A program made the translations under genes and the position numbers. A model generated the notes under the pieces. It was given only the letters and a program-made list of their open reading frames with translations, was not told where the DNA came from and did no database searches. Source: Chloroflexota bacterium (GTDB lineage: Bacteria > Chloroflexota > Dehalococcoidia > Lucifugimonadales > JADFKI01). From it: a stretch of DNA of 64,000 nt. The stretch covers positions 96,001-160,000 of the forward strand of contig JAQBUT010000001.1 in NCBI GenBank assembly GCA_027623195.1. Reading direction: 5' to 3'. Of this stretch, positions 50,526 to 60,399 are shown in pieces (positions within the stretch are counted from its first letter, which is position 1; every line of letters starts with the position of its first letter).

Positions 50526-51527
50526 ATGAACCCATTTGTTGCCGGGCAGATCCACACCGCCATAGAAGACGTCCGTCTGTTAGAGGCCTTTATCACCGCG
50601 CCATTGGGCCTATATTCAGACATAAAGATGCTGCGGGAGTCGCTGCCGTTTCCGGACGCGGCGGAATTGCCCCGCGAAGAGCTTCGCGAAAGGCGCACAG
50701 CCTTTGGGCGGCTAACCGACTCTCCCCAACGACTGACCCTTGACACTATTTCGTCATTGAGGACGGTGGCGAATATCCTTGAGCAGGTGAAGGACGATCC
50801 AGAAATTGCCAAGCTTCGTGACGGGTGGATTCCTCGAGCCCGCATGGTGCTCCAAAGGTCCGAAGACCAGGTGGCCAGGGAGTTGAGGGCTGGCATTGCA
50901 TCCAAGGTGCGTGGCCTTTACATCATCGTCGACCCTGAGGCCACTGGCGGCCGAGACGTTGTAGAGATTGCTGCCGCCGCATTGAAGGGCGGCGTATCCG
51001 TGTTGCAGTTGCGCGACAAGTCACGGGACAAGGGCGAGGTCGTTCCTATAGCCCGAGAGTTAAGAGACCTCTGTGATAAACATGACGCCCTGTTCATCAT
51101 GAACGACGACGCGGACGTAGCTCAGGCGGTCGAAGCTCACGGTCTTCACGTTGGCCAGACCGACCTTCCGGTGGGCGAGGCGCGAAAATCGTTGGCGCTT
51201 CACCAGATCGTTGGCCGGTCCAACAATGGCATGGAGCAGGCCATGGACTCTCAGCAGCAGGGCGCAGATTACCTGGCCGTGGGTGCGGTATATTCAACGG
51301 CAACCATGGGCAAAAGCGGCAGGACGGCCGTGGGGCCAGAAACCATTCGCAAGGTGAAGGAGATGGTCGACCACCCCATCGTGGCTATCGGCGGCATCAA
51401 CGAGAGCAACATCGCTGACGTGGCCCGGGCGGGAGCCGACTGCATCTGCGTTGTGAGCGCTGTTACATTTGCCGACGACCCTGAGGCGGCTGCCGCAAAA
51501 CTGATAGAGATTATTAACTCCGCATAA
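50526..51527 (+). CDS. thiE: Thiamine-phosphate synthase with N-terminal extension
   Basis: GLYIIVD, QLRDK, IMNDD, GLHVGQTD, ADYLAVG, VAIGGI in the C-terminal ~205 aa. Confidence 0.9.
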   Translation: MNPFVAGQIHTAIEDVRLLEAFITAPLGLYSDIKMLRESLPFPDAAELPREELRERRTAFGRLTDSPQRLTLDTISSLRTVANILEQVKDDPEIAKLRDGWIPRARMVLQRSEDQVARELRAGIASKVRGLYIIVDPEATGGRDVVEIAAAALKGGVSVLQLRDKSRDKGEVVPIARELRDLCDKHDALFIMNDDADVAQAVEAHGLHVGQTDLPVGEARKSLALHQIVGRSNNGMEQAMDSQQQGADYLAVGAVYSTATMGKSGRTAVGPETIRKVKEMVDHPIVAIGGINESNIADVARAGADCICVVSAVTFADDPEAAAAKLIEIINSA

Positions 51528-51566
51528 CCACTTAACCGCTCAAGAGATGCATAAAGGAACTTACCT

Positions 51567-52223
51567 ATGACATCCCAAATGGAGTCTGCAGAAAAGCAGA
51601 GGGCCAAGCTCCGACAGATTGCCGATGAGGCTCGCGAGGGCTTCTCGGACTTTCACCAGGCTAGGGAGCAGGCGCTTCGCCTTTCACGAGAGATAATCCG
51701 AAACTGCGCCAACTCCATTCGCGCGACGCACAGAGGGGAGTTCCAGCAGGCCAGGGAACTCATAAACACAATCAACGATCTTGCCGGTCAGTTCGATGAC
51801 GTCAAGGAGTCTCACCCGGCCGTTTACTACGCCGGTTACGTGGAAGACGCACTGAAGGAATATGTGGAAGCGAACGCCACATTGGCCTTCGCGGAAGGCA
51901 GCCCGCTGCCCATGCCGCAGGACCTGAAGGTAGGGCCGGCTCCTTATCTGGGCGGTCTCGCCGACACCGCAGGCGAGCTTCGCAGGTTTATCCTGGATTC
52001 CCTCAGACGAGATGACTTCTCCAGGTGCGAGGAGCTTCTGGATGTCATGGACGAGATATACACAATACTGGTTACCATGGACTTCCCCGACGCTGTAACC
52101 AGGGGTCTGCGCCGGAACACGGATATGGTTAGGGGTGTTCTCGAGCGCACTCGGGGAGACCTTACCGTGGCCCTACGTCAACGCCGACTTGAGGAAAAAT
52201 TAGCAGAAGCAAGGGAATCATAA
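51567..52223 (+). CDS. Translin/TRAX-family protein
   Basis: RE.ALRLSREIIR, EDALKEYVEA, YLGGLADTAGELRR, GLRRNTDMVR; all-helical pattern of archaeal TRAX-like proteins. Confidence 0.8.
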   Translation: MTSQMESAEKQRAKLRQIADEAREGFSDFHQAREQALRLSREIIRNCANSIRATHRGEFQQARELINTINDLAGQFDDVKESHPAVYYAGYVEDALKEYVEANATLAFAEGSPLPMPQDLKVGPAPYLGGLADTAGELRRFILDSLRRDDFSRCEELLDVMDEIYTILVTMDFPDAVTRGLRRNTDMVRGVLERTRGDLTVALRQRRLEEKLAEARES

Positions 52224-52247
52224 GCCTACCCCTAACCTACATATTCC

Positions 52248-52276
52248 TTGACTGCCTAGTACGGCTATGTTAGGTT
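52248..52276 (+). promoter_or_regulatory. Sigma70-type promoter for hppA
   Basis: TTGACT-17 nt-TAGGTT with an extended -10 TG. Confidence 0.5.
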
Positions 52277-52352
52277 TTGGCACGTCATAGTGCGAAGTTT
52301 CGCAACACTAAGGTCTTCCTAAAGGGGAGACCATTTTTGATGGAGGCAAACC

Positions 52353-54398
52353 GTGCCGATAATATATATCGCCATCGCTGCGGGAATAGTGGCATTGATC
52401 TTCGCTCTGATTCTGACGATGGACATCATGCGTCAGGACCAGGGCAACGAGCAGGTCCAGTTCATAGGCAGGGCGATCCAGCAAGGGGCTTCGGCCTTTT
52501 TGGCCAGGGAATATACGCTTCTGGCCGGATTCGTAATCGTCATAGCCATAATCCTTGGGGTGTTAATAGACTACGACGTAACGGGCAGGGTGGGCTCGAC
52601 CCATTCATTACCCTCTACCGCCATTGCTTACCTTATCGGCGCTATAGGCTCAGGCCTGGCCGGATACATAGGTATGAGCATTGCCGTCCGGGCCAACACC
52701 CGAACCACGGTGAAGGCCATGGTAGGTCTGAACGCGGCGCTACGAGTCGCCTTTAACAGCGGCACCGTCATGGGCGTGTCCGTAGTGGGCATCGGCCTGA
52801 TAGGCGTTACCGTCCTGTACCTGATATTCCAGGACATTTCCATCGTCGCAGGCTTTGGTTTCGGCGCTTCGTCCATAGCTCTGTTCGCCAGGGTCGGCGG
52901 TGGCATTTACACCAAGGCGGCGGACGTTGGAGCAGACCTGGTTGGCAAGATCGAGCAGGGAATACCGGAAGATGACCCACGAAACCCTGCAACAGTCGCG
53001 GACAACGTGGGCGACAACGTAGGCGACGTCGCGGGCATGGGCGCGGACCTATTCGAGTCCTACGTTGGATCGATCATCGCCACCATCGCACTGGCCGCTG
53101 TGGGCGCCGGCGCTCTTGGCATGGCCAACCCCACTGGAACCTTCGATTCTTCGCTGTTTTTGCTGCCCATCATAATCGCGGCCATCGGCATATTCGCCTC
53201 GATACTCGGAACGTTCCTGGTTCGCACCACCGAGGGCGCAAGCATGGGTCGGCTTCTCTGGTCATTGCGCACCGGCATATTCGCCGCAGGCGCGTTGGTG
53301 CTGATAGGCACAGCCGTTGCTATCAATCTAATGGACTTGAACTTCAACCTTTTCTGGGTAGTGCTAACCGGCCTGGTGGCAGGTCAGATCATTGGCACCT
53401 CATCGGAGTACTACACCTCTTTCGAGTACAATCCCACGAAATATGTCGCGAGCCAGTCCGAATCGGGTCCGGCCACGGTTTTAATCAGCGGCCTCGGTCT
53501 GGGAATGGTTAGCACAGTAATTCCGGGCTTAGTTATTATCATCGCAATGTGGATTGCCTACACAATGGCAGACACTTATGGAGTGGCTCTGGCGGCTGTG
53601 GGAATGCTTTCCACGCTAGGCATCACGCTTGCCACTGACGCATACGGGCCGGTAGCGGATAATGCCGGCGGTATCGCAGAGCAGGCTCACATGGACCCAA
53701 TCGTTCGAGAGCGCACAGACGCACTGGACTCATTGGGCAACACAACGGCGGCGACGGGCAAGGGATTCGCCATCGGCTCCGCAGTGCTTACCGCCCTGGC
53801 GTTAATGGCCGCGTACTCTGAAGTAACTGAACTCACATTAGCGGATTTCAGTCTGCTTGAAGTGAAAGTACTCATGGGCCTGATAATTGGGGCGATGCTC
53901 CCGTTCCTGTTTGCGGCACTGACCATGCAAGCTGTGGGCCGGGCCGCCAACGCAATGGTGCGGGAGGTCCGACGCCAATTCCGCGAGATCACAGGACTCC
54001 TCGAGGGCACGGCAGACGCGGATTACGCCCGCGCCGTGGACATTAGCACCAGGGGCGCCATGAAAGAAATGGTCGTGCCAGGCCTGCTGGCAGTCGTGGT
54101 TCCTTTAGTGGTGGGGGCTATACTGGGTGGGGCAGCTCTGGGAGGAATGCTCATTGGAGCAATCGCCACAGGCTTCCTGCTAGCCATTATGATGGCCAAC
54201 GCCGGAGGCGCATGGGATAACGCAAAGAAATACGTTGAGGCAGGAAACTTAGGCGGCAAAGGGTCTGACAATCATTCAGCGGTCGTCGTTGGCGACACCG
54301 TAGGCGATCCCTTCAAGGATACGTCGGGGCCTGCGCTGAACATTCTAATCAAGTTAATGTCTATCGTAGCGCTGGTGTTCGCACCGCTTTTCTTGTAA
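52353..54398 (+). CDS. hppA: Membrane-bound K+-dependent (probably Na+-translocating) pyrophosphatase
   Basis: [45 protein letters not shown] (Ala variant indicates K+ dependence), [14 protein letters not shown]. Confidence 0.96.
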   Translation: MPIIYIAIAAGIVALIFALILTMDIMRQDQGNEQVQFIGRAIQQGASAFLAREYTLLAGFVIVIAIILGVLIDYDVTGRVGSTHSLPSTAIAYLIGAIGSGLAGYIGMSIAVRANTRTTVKAMVGLNAALRVAFNSGTVMGVSVVGIGLIGVTVLYLIFQDISIVAGFGFGASSIALFARVGGGIYTKAADVGADLVGKIEQGIPEDDPRNPATVADNVGDNVGDVAGMGADLFESYVGSIIATIALAAVGAGALGMANPTGTFDSSLFLLPIIIAAIGIFASILGTFLVRTTEGASMGRLLWSLRTGIFAAGALVLIGTAVAINLMDLNFNLFWVVLTGLVAGQIIGTSSEYYTSFEYNPTKYVASQSESGPATVLISGLGLGMVSTVIPGLVIIIAMWIAYTMADTYGVALAAVGMLSTLGITLATDAYGPVADNAGGIAEQAHMDPIVRERTDALDSLGNTTAATGKGFAIGSAVLTALALMAAYSEVTELTLADFSLLEVKVLMGLIIGAMLPFLFAALTMQAVGRAANAMVREVRRQFREITGLLEGTADADYARAVDISTRGAMKEMVVPGLLAVVVPLVVGAILGGAALGGMLIGAIATGFLLAIMMANAGGAWDNAKKYVEAGNLGGKGSDNHSAVVVGDTVGDPFKDTSGPALNILIKLMSIVALVFAPLFL

Positions 54399-54415
54399 AA
54401 GGCGCAATCATCGAT

Positions 54416-54455
54416 AAAAAAAAGGCCCTGGACTGTAACAGTCCAGGGCCTTTTT
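54416..54455. terminator. Bidirectional rho-independent terminator
   Basis: A-tract, ggccctggactgt...acagtccagggcc stem, T-tract, between convergent genes. Confidence 0.85.
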
Positions 54456-54468
54456 GATTATCAGGGTA

Positions 54469-54780
54469 TTAAGCTGTGGCGCACTCTGCGCATTCGCAAA
54501 CCTGGGTATTCTTGAACAGCCCCCTGAACAGGTGGGCCACTAACTGCTTATCCGTCAGGCCAAACGACTTGCCTATGGCCAGGAACTCGCGCATCCTTAT
54601 CTGTCGGTCCATGTTTTCCTCCCTGGTCAGGTCGCCCCGGTCCACAAAGGCCTTGCGCAGGTAAGAGCGCAGCGCCGTCAGATGTTGGGACAATATTGTC
54701 TTCTTCACATCTTCGCGAAGAGTAGTCAGATATTCGGCCATGGCCTGCTTTGGGTCTTTGGAATAAATATTCTTCGTCAT
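54469..54780 (-). CDS. Hypothetical protein with C-terminal CxCxxC
   Basis: 103-aa ORF ending VCECAECATA; directly follows the small Zn-ribbon gene and precedes the terminator. Confidence 0.7.
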   Translation of the reverse strand: MTKNIYSKDPKQAMAEYLTTLREDVKKTILSQHLTALRSYLRKAFVDRGDLTREENMDRQIRMREFLAIGKSFGLTDKQLVAHLFRGLFKNTQVCECAECATA

Positions 54781-54795
54781 AAAAATGCCTTTCCG

Positions 54796-54981
54796 CTATA
54801 AGGCGACTTTGGCCTGCTCAACCACACCTTCCAGGGCTTCTACGACATCGCTAGCCGTAGCGTTTTCATCGAAATCTGCAACGGCCGCCCCGCACTGAAA
54901 GCAGGAGACATAGGAGCCGAACTGGGCCTCTTCCATGTATAGATCGCCGCCACATCGTGGGCAAGACTTCAACCAGACCAT
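54796..54981 (-). CDS. Small Zn-ribbon-like protein
   Basis: SCPRCGGDL...SCFQCG; purine-rich RBS-like GGGG upstream. Confidence 0.7.
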   Translation of the reverse strand: MVWLKSCPRCGGDLYMEEAQFGSYVSCFQCGAAVADFDENATASDVVEALEGVVEQAKVAL

Positions 54982-55434
54982 CGTTCAACCCCCGTTAAAT
55001 AGACTTACAAGTCGGTTTCATTTGCCTTACATATTCAATCTATTCCCAAGGTGGGAACATGCGGGGGTAAAGGCGGTGGACGGCCGGGGATATTGCGTGA
55101 CGTATGGTGAGGAATCGTGACAATAACGTTAGGTTTCCGGTCGTGCCAGTCCATTACTTCGTTTCACATACCGGAGCGTCCCGCCACGCGCGCCCGTTCA
55201 CGAGGCTGTGTACAGCCTTACATTTGCTTAGGTTGCAGTATTGGCAGGCGGTATTTCTTAAGGGAACACAAGTTAGGATACGTTGGCTGTTCGGAGATAT
55301 ACTCAGGCAAATGGAGACGAGAGCTATTCAAGAGGCCGAAGCAATCGTGTTAAAATGAAACCCGCTTCGAGCATACAACCGCGCAACGGTCTATCGACAG
55401 GAAGACCGGCAGGTTGCGAAACTGGCCCAAAATT

Positions 55435-55520
<86 letters not shown>

Positions 55521-55575
55521 GTTAACAATGGGCTCCGTGGGTATTTCCGCGAAGCCCGCTTTGTTGTTTGAATAA

Positions 55576-56010
55576 GTAGATCCACCTTATACCCTTATCG
55601 GCACTCCCAAAGGTGACATGCTAGTAGAAGAAATCGAAGCTGGGGCGAAGGTCTGGTCATTGACTGAGTATGGGGACAGGAGGATTGCCGAGGTGATAAA
55701 GGCTACGAGTATTGTGGCACCTCTCGGCCACAAAATGGTTAGCGTAGAGTTGGAAGATAGGCGAAGTCTACTTGCGTCCGCAGGGCACCCGCTAATTGAT
55801 GAAAGTACTATAGCCGATCTAGCAATTGGTAGCGTCTTGGACCATAGTCGGGTGTCGATTTTAAATCATGTTACCTATGAAAGTGAAAGGACCTACGATC
55901 TTCTCCCAGATGGCGAGACCGGTTTCTTTTTCGCAAACGATATACCCGTAGCCAGCACTTTGATGAAAAATTGTAATTGTGCCGAAGAGCGGCAAAAGAT
56001 TGGAAACTGA
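55576..56010 (+). pseudogene. 5'-truncated Hint (intein-like) domain gene remnant
   Basis: Frame opens after TAA 55573-55575: VDPPYTLIGTPKGDMLVEEI...ASAGHPL...TYDLLP...FFANDIPV. Hint-like blocks are present but the first Cys and everything upstream are missing. Confidence 0.65.
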
Positions 56011-56197
56011 CCTCAGTCTTTAAAGCGGCTGAACTACGATTGGTTGGGGGCAGTCTGGCGGAACTCGCTGCGTTATTCATTTCTCACGATCCATTTTCGC
56101 CCCTACACAGTTCCAGTCGCTTGTTCATAGAACTCGCCCGGTATACCATTCATCGAATTAATCCCCTATACAAATCATATCGAGATGGCTAGAGACA

Positions 56198-57826
56198 GTG
56201 TGTAATACGGTTGAATCAGGTCGAGAGTCTTTTCAGCAGCACGCCTGGGAAGAGGCTTACAATCGACTGTCCGCGGCAGATCACAAGACACCGCTTAATA
56301 TTGCCGATCTTGAGACTCTTGCGGTGTCCGCATACCTGATCGGTGCTGACCAAGACAGCGACAACGCCTGGGAGAGGGCGCATCAAGAATGCATGCGCAC
56401 CGAGGACCTGGTACGTGCGGCTCGGTGTGCTTTCTGGCTTGCCTTAAACCTCCTGTTGCGGGGGGAAATGTCGAGGGGAGGCGGATGGCTTTCGCGATCG
56501 CGCAGGCTTCTCGAAGATCACCCAGATTGTGTGGAGCAAGGATATTTGCTGGTGCCTGTCGCCCTGGGTTGTATGAGCGAGGGCGATTTTTCCACTGCGA
56601 GTGACGTTTTCAGTCAGGCCGCCGATATCGGCGAGCGCTTCAACGATCCGGATCTAGTCACCCTTGGACGGCTGGGCCAAGGTCAGGCCTTTATTCATCA
56701 GGGTCGTGTTCCAGATGGCTTGGCATTATTGGATGAAGCCATGGTGGCCGTCACGGCTGGCGAGCTTTCGCCGATGATCGCCGGAATCATCTACTGTTCA
56801 ATGATCGAAGCTTGCCAAGAGACATTTGACCTGCGACGCGCTCAGGAGTGGACTACTGCATTAAGTAACTGGTGTGACACCCAGCCGGAACTGGTCCTAT
56901 ACCGGGGGCAGTGCCTGGTCCATCGGTCCGAGATACTTCTGCTGCACGGTGACTGGCCAGATTCAATGGATGAGGCTGACCTTGCGTTGAAACGGCTGTC
57001 CCAACCGTCCAACCAGCCAGCTGCAGGTATGGCTTTCTACCAGCAGGGAGAACTTCATCGTCTTCGCGGGGAGTTTGCGAAAGCTGAAGAAGCCTATCGC
57101 AATGCAAGCCAACACGGGCGAGAACCAATGCCTGGTTTGGCACTGCTACGGCTGTCTCAAGGCCAGAGCAATTCCGCGGCAGCAACGATCCGCCGTTTAG
57201 TAGATGACGCCCAGGGCTGGGTTGCGCAGGCCAAGCTTTATCCAGCGTACATTGAGATAATGCTTGAAACCGGAGAGGTTGAAGCTGCCCGTGTGGTGGC
57301 CGATCAACTATTGGGCCTCGCTGAGGAATTCGATGCGCCCTTCCTACGTGCCCTCTCAGCTCATTCTGCTGGGGCTGTCCTTCTCTATGAGGGCGAGTTC
57401 GCGATCGCACTAACTGAGTTGCGCCACGCCTGGACGGCCTGGAAGGATCTACAAGTTCCATATGAAGCGGCGCGTGTGCGCATATTGATCGGACTCGTAT
57501 GCCGTAGACTCGGAGATGAAGACACCGCCGCCATGGAATTTGATGCCGCACGCACCGTACTCCAACAGTTGGGCGCCGCCCCCGAACTTGCCCGTGTGGA
57601 GGCGCTTTCCCGGCTGACTGCCACCCAGCCATCGGGAGGGCTGACCAAGCGTGAGGTTGAAGTGCTTCGGCTAGTGGCCGTGGGTAAAACCAACATGGCG
57701 ATCGCAGACGACCTCGTTATCAGCCAGAAAACCGTTGCTCGTCACATGAGCAATATATTCACCAAGCTGGGACTATCCTCGAGGTCCGCGGTTACGGCTT
57801 ACGCTTACCAGAACGACCTTCTTTAA
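56198..57826 (+). CDS. TPR-like plus C-terminal LuxR HTH transcriptional regulator
   Basis: Helical repeats, then GLTKREVEVLRLVAVGKTN..IADDLVISQKTVARHMSNIFTKLG. Confidence 0.9.
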   Translation: MCNTVESGRESFQQHAWEEAYNRLSAADHKTPLNIADLETLAVSAYLIGADQDSDNAWERAHQECMRTEDLVRAARCAFWLALNLLLRGEMSRGGGWLSRSRRLLEDHPDCVEQGYLLVPVALGCMSEGDFSTASDVFSQAADIGERFNDPDLVTLGRLGQGQAFIHQGRVPDGLALLDEAMVAVTAGELSPMIAGIIYCSMIEACQETFDLRRAQEWTTALSNWCDTQPELVLYRGQCLVHRSEILLLHGDWPDSMDEADLALKRLSQPSNQPAAGMAFYQQGELHRLRGEFAKAEEAYRNASQHGREPMPGLALLRLSQGQSNSAAATIRRLVDDAQGWVAQAKLYPAYIEIMLETGEVEAARVVADQLLGLAEEFDAPFLRALSAHSAGAVLLYEGEFAIALTELRHAWTAWKDLQVPYEAARVRILIGLVCRRLGDEDTAAMEFDAARTVLQQLGAAPELARVEALSRLTATQPSGGLTKREVEVLRLVAVGKTNMAIADDLVISQKTVARHMSNIFTKLGLSSRSAVTAYAYQNDLL

Positions 57827-57965
57827 ATTCCTACATAAAATTACCCATAGATTCGATTTCACATAATTGGGTATTCCATTCGATGCCGCCCTCAACGACA
57901 GCCCTTACTATTTCCTCGTGGTCAGTTAAAAGAATCCGGCCACCAAAGAAAGAAGGAGGAATAGT

Positions 57966-58397
57966 ATGGCTCCTAAGACTGAGGCAACCCCAACCGAATG
58001 GGAAATCGCTGAACGGCTGAGCCAACAGTTCGCCCATGTATTCGAGACGCAGGACGCAGGGAATAAAGTCTTCTCGGACGATGTCCTTTTCGACTTGAAC
58101 ATGCCAGTGTGGCGATTTCAGATACAGGGTCCCAGCGCATTTGAGACACAGCTCAAGCAGATTGTCGAGGGCGAGGTGCGGATCGACGTTCTCCGCACAG
58201 TCGCAACCGACTCGGGGTTCGTAACCGAGCACGAAGAGCACCAGGACGTAAATGGGCAAGACTTGACCGCGCGCCGGCTTTGGCTCTGCGAGGTCCAGGA
58301 CGGGTTGATTGCCGAGGCCGTCGGTTACTGCAGCGGCGAATGGGACGAGGCGTTGCGGGCCAGGCATGCAGCAGAAGCACCAATGATCCAGCGGTGA
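57966..58397 (+). CDS. SnoaL/NTF2-like fold hypothetical protein
   Basis: Strong RBS AGGAGGA; FSDDVLFD...EVQDGLIAE pattern. Confidence 0.7.
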   Translation: MAPKTEATPTEWEIAERLSQQFAHVFETQDAGNKVFSDDVLFDLNMPVWRFQIQGPSAFETQLKQIVEGEVRIDVLRTVATDSGFVTEHEEHQDVNGQDLTARRLWLCEVQDGLIAEAVGYCSGEWDEALRARHAAEAPMIQR

Positions 58398-58466
58398 GAC
58401 TAGATTAGGCTGTGATTGCCGGCCCCATGATTTCTAACTTGAATAAAATAATAGAGGAGAATTGTC

Positions 58467-58880
58467 ATGTCAGAACAAAACGTAGCAGTGGTCCAGGCGT
58501 TGCATGAGGCGATGGGCAATGGAGATGTATCGGCCGTCGACAAATATTATTCCCCTGACGCCATCTACCACGGCACCGGAGATATGGCGGACGCTGATAT
58601 CGCCACATTCAGGCAGTTCATTAGCGCAGTTTTCGAGGCCTTTCCAGCATTTAAGGTGACGCAGGCGCAGGTTCTTTCAGACGGGGACAAAGTAACATAC
58701 ATCAATACATACAGCGGAACTCATAAAGGTGATTTCATGGGTATACCCGCTACTGGCAGATCTATGAGCGTCAGATCCATAGGGGTCGCCAAAATCTCCG
58801 AAGGCAAGATCGTGGAAGAGTGGGAAAATTTTGATGAATTGGGGATGATGCAGCAGTTAGGTGTCATCCCGGCCGAGTAG
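58467..58880 (+). CDS. SnoaL-like ester cyclase
   Basis: GTHKGDFMGIPATGR, GKIVEEW..FD.LGMMQQLG. Confidence 0.9.
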   Translation: MSEQNVAVVQALHEAMGNGDVSAVDKYYSPDAIYHGTGDMADADIATFRQFISAVFEAFPAFKVTQAQVLSDGDKVTYINTYSGTHKGDFMGIPATGRSMSVRSIGVAKISEGKIVEEWENFDELGMMQQLGVIPAE

Positions 58881-59084
58881 CCCGCAATGAGTCGACGACC
58901 CACTTCTTGTTGTTGTTCGCTCAAAATACGACAACAAACGAAATCTCGGGCCCATGGGATCCTTGTACTCAAAAGACGCGGCCCTTGAGCAAGCCTGTCG
59001 GCTTTCTCTTGGGCGCGTCTTAACCGGAGCGTCTTACAGCCAGCAAACCGTTCCGAATCTGCTGTTGGTTCACGGATGAGCCTC

Positions 59085-59773
59085 TTAGTTTACGTTAGTT
59101 GAAACCTCGTAGAACTGCAGTTGAAGCAGCTTCAGTCCGTTATTATCGTAACCCCAGAAATAGCCCTGCAGCTCATCGCTGAACAGCGGGTAGAGCTCGG
59201 GATTATCTAGACCGTCGTCTGTAATGTCGGCATAGATGTAAAGAAGCTCTCTACTCACGTTCTCAAATTTCTGCTTGCCTTTCGTCCTCTCCACGGTCAG
59301 TTCATCGAGGGAACAGACCTCTTCGTCGCCAGCGGTTCCAAGAATACCGTCTGCACCTGGTCCCGTGGCGCATTTCACGATCTTAGCCTTGCCGCCAGGG
59401 GTCCCAAGGGCCCGGGCGTACACAGAGTAAACCGTAATGCCGTCTCCATCTGGATCGGGGTTAGGTAACTGGAACTTTGCCCCGTTGCCGTCCGTTCCGT
59501 TGGCATCCAGCACATTGAATCCATCGCCCTCAGCGAGCATGATCTTGGTCTTGCCTTGCATCTTCACAAATATTCTGTGTCCGTCATTGCTATCCATTGC
59601 AGCGGTTTTGTCTTTCGGCACTCCGATAATATTTAGGTTGTAGTGCGCGCCGTTGGGGCCCCATTTCCAGCACCGGCTTCCGCCCAGTTGGGGCTTACGA
59701 CCGTGACGGCCAGGGCTAGAGCGGCGGCACTCAAACCCAATTTCTTCATTAGTGAAAATCTGCCTACCATCAT
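59085..59773 (-). pseudogene. Secreted hypothetical protein, frameshifted just after the signal peptide
   Basis: GGAGG then MMVGRFSLMKKLGLSAAALALAVTVVSPNWAEA-GAGNGAP in one frame; NGAHYNLNIIG... continues in another. One extra base in the ggggcccc run at 59655-59662 joins them. Confidence 0.75.
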
Positions 59774-59997
59774 CAACATTCCTCCATCCAATTTTCACGG
59801 ATTAAGTAGCTCCGTCATTACTTTAAGGCACCGCAAGTGTTGCGTGAGTGTTAACCATGTAGGATAGTAGGGGTGCCTCGGTTTGATTCCGCCTTTGGAT
59901 AGGCATATCGGCCTTTAAATGTTTACCCCGGCACCATCAAGTCAACTTAGATAAGACATACTGGAGATGTAGTACGTCAACAAGCGGCGGAGGTTCC

Positions 59998-60399
59998 ATG
60001 AAGGGCAAGACACTCATAGTAGATGATGAGCCCCAAATGCGAAGCATGATGGCCGAGTGGCTAACTCATGCGGGATACGAATCTCTCACCGCATGCGATG
60101 GTGAAGAAGGGCTGATCTCGCTTCTGAAGGAACAGCCGGACGTCGCCGTGTCAGATGTATGTATGCCCAACATGGACGGGTACGAGTTCTGTCGTTTGGC
60201 CCGCGAAGGATCAGACGTAGCCGTCGTATTAATGTCAGGCTTTTCCAGTTAAATCGAAGTCCTAAAGTCAAAGGACATGGGATCAGACCTCGTGTTGACC
60301 AAACCCTTCGGAATGGAGGAGTTCCTAGAGGCCATTGACAATCTCATGGAGCAGCGAACAAGTCAGTCCAGTTTGGCGGATACCTCCAAAAGCTCCTAA
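59998..60399 (+). pseudogene. Single-domain response regulator (receiver) interrupted by an in-frame TAA
   Basis: LIVDDE...SDVCMPNMDG...MSGFSS*IEVLKSKDMGSDLVLTKPFGMEEFL. The conserved KPF motif lies in frame after the stop at 60250-60252. Confidence 0.85.
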
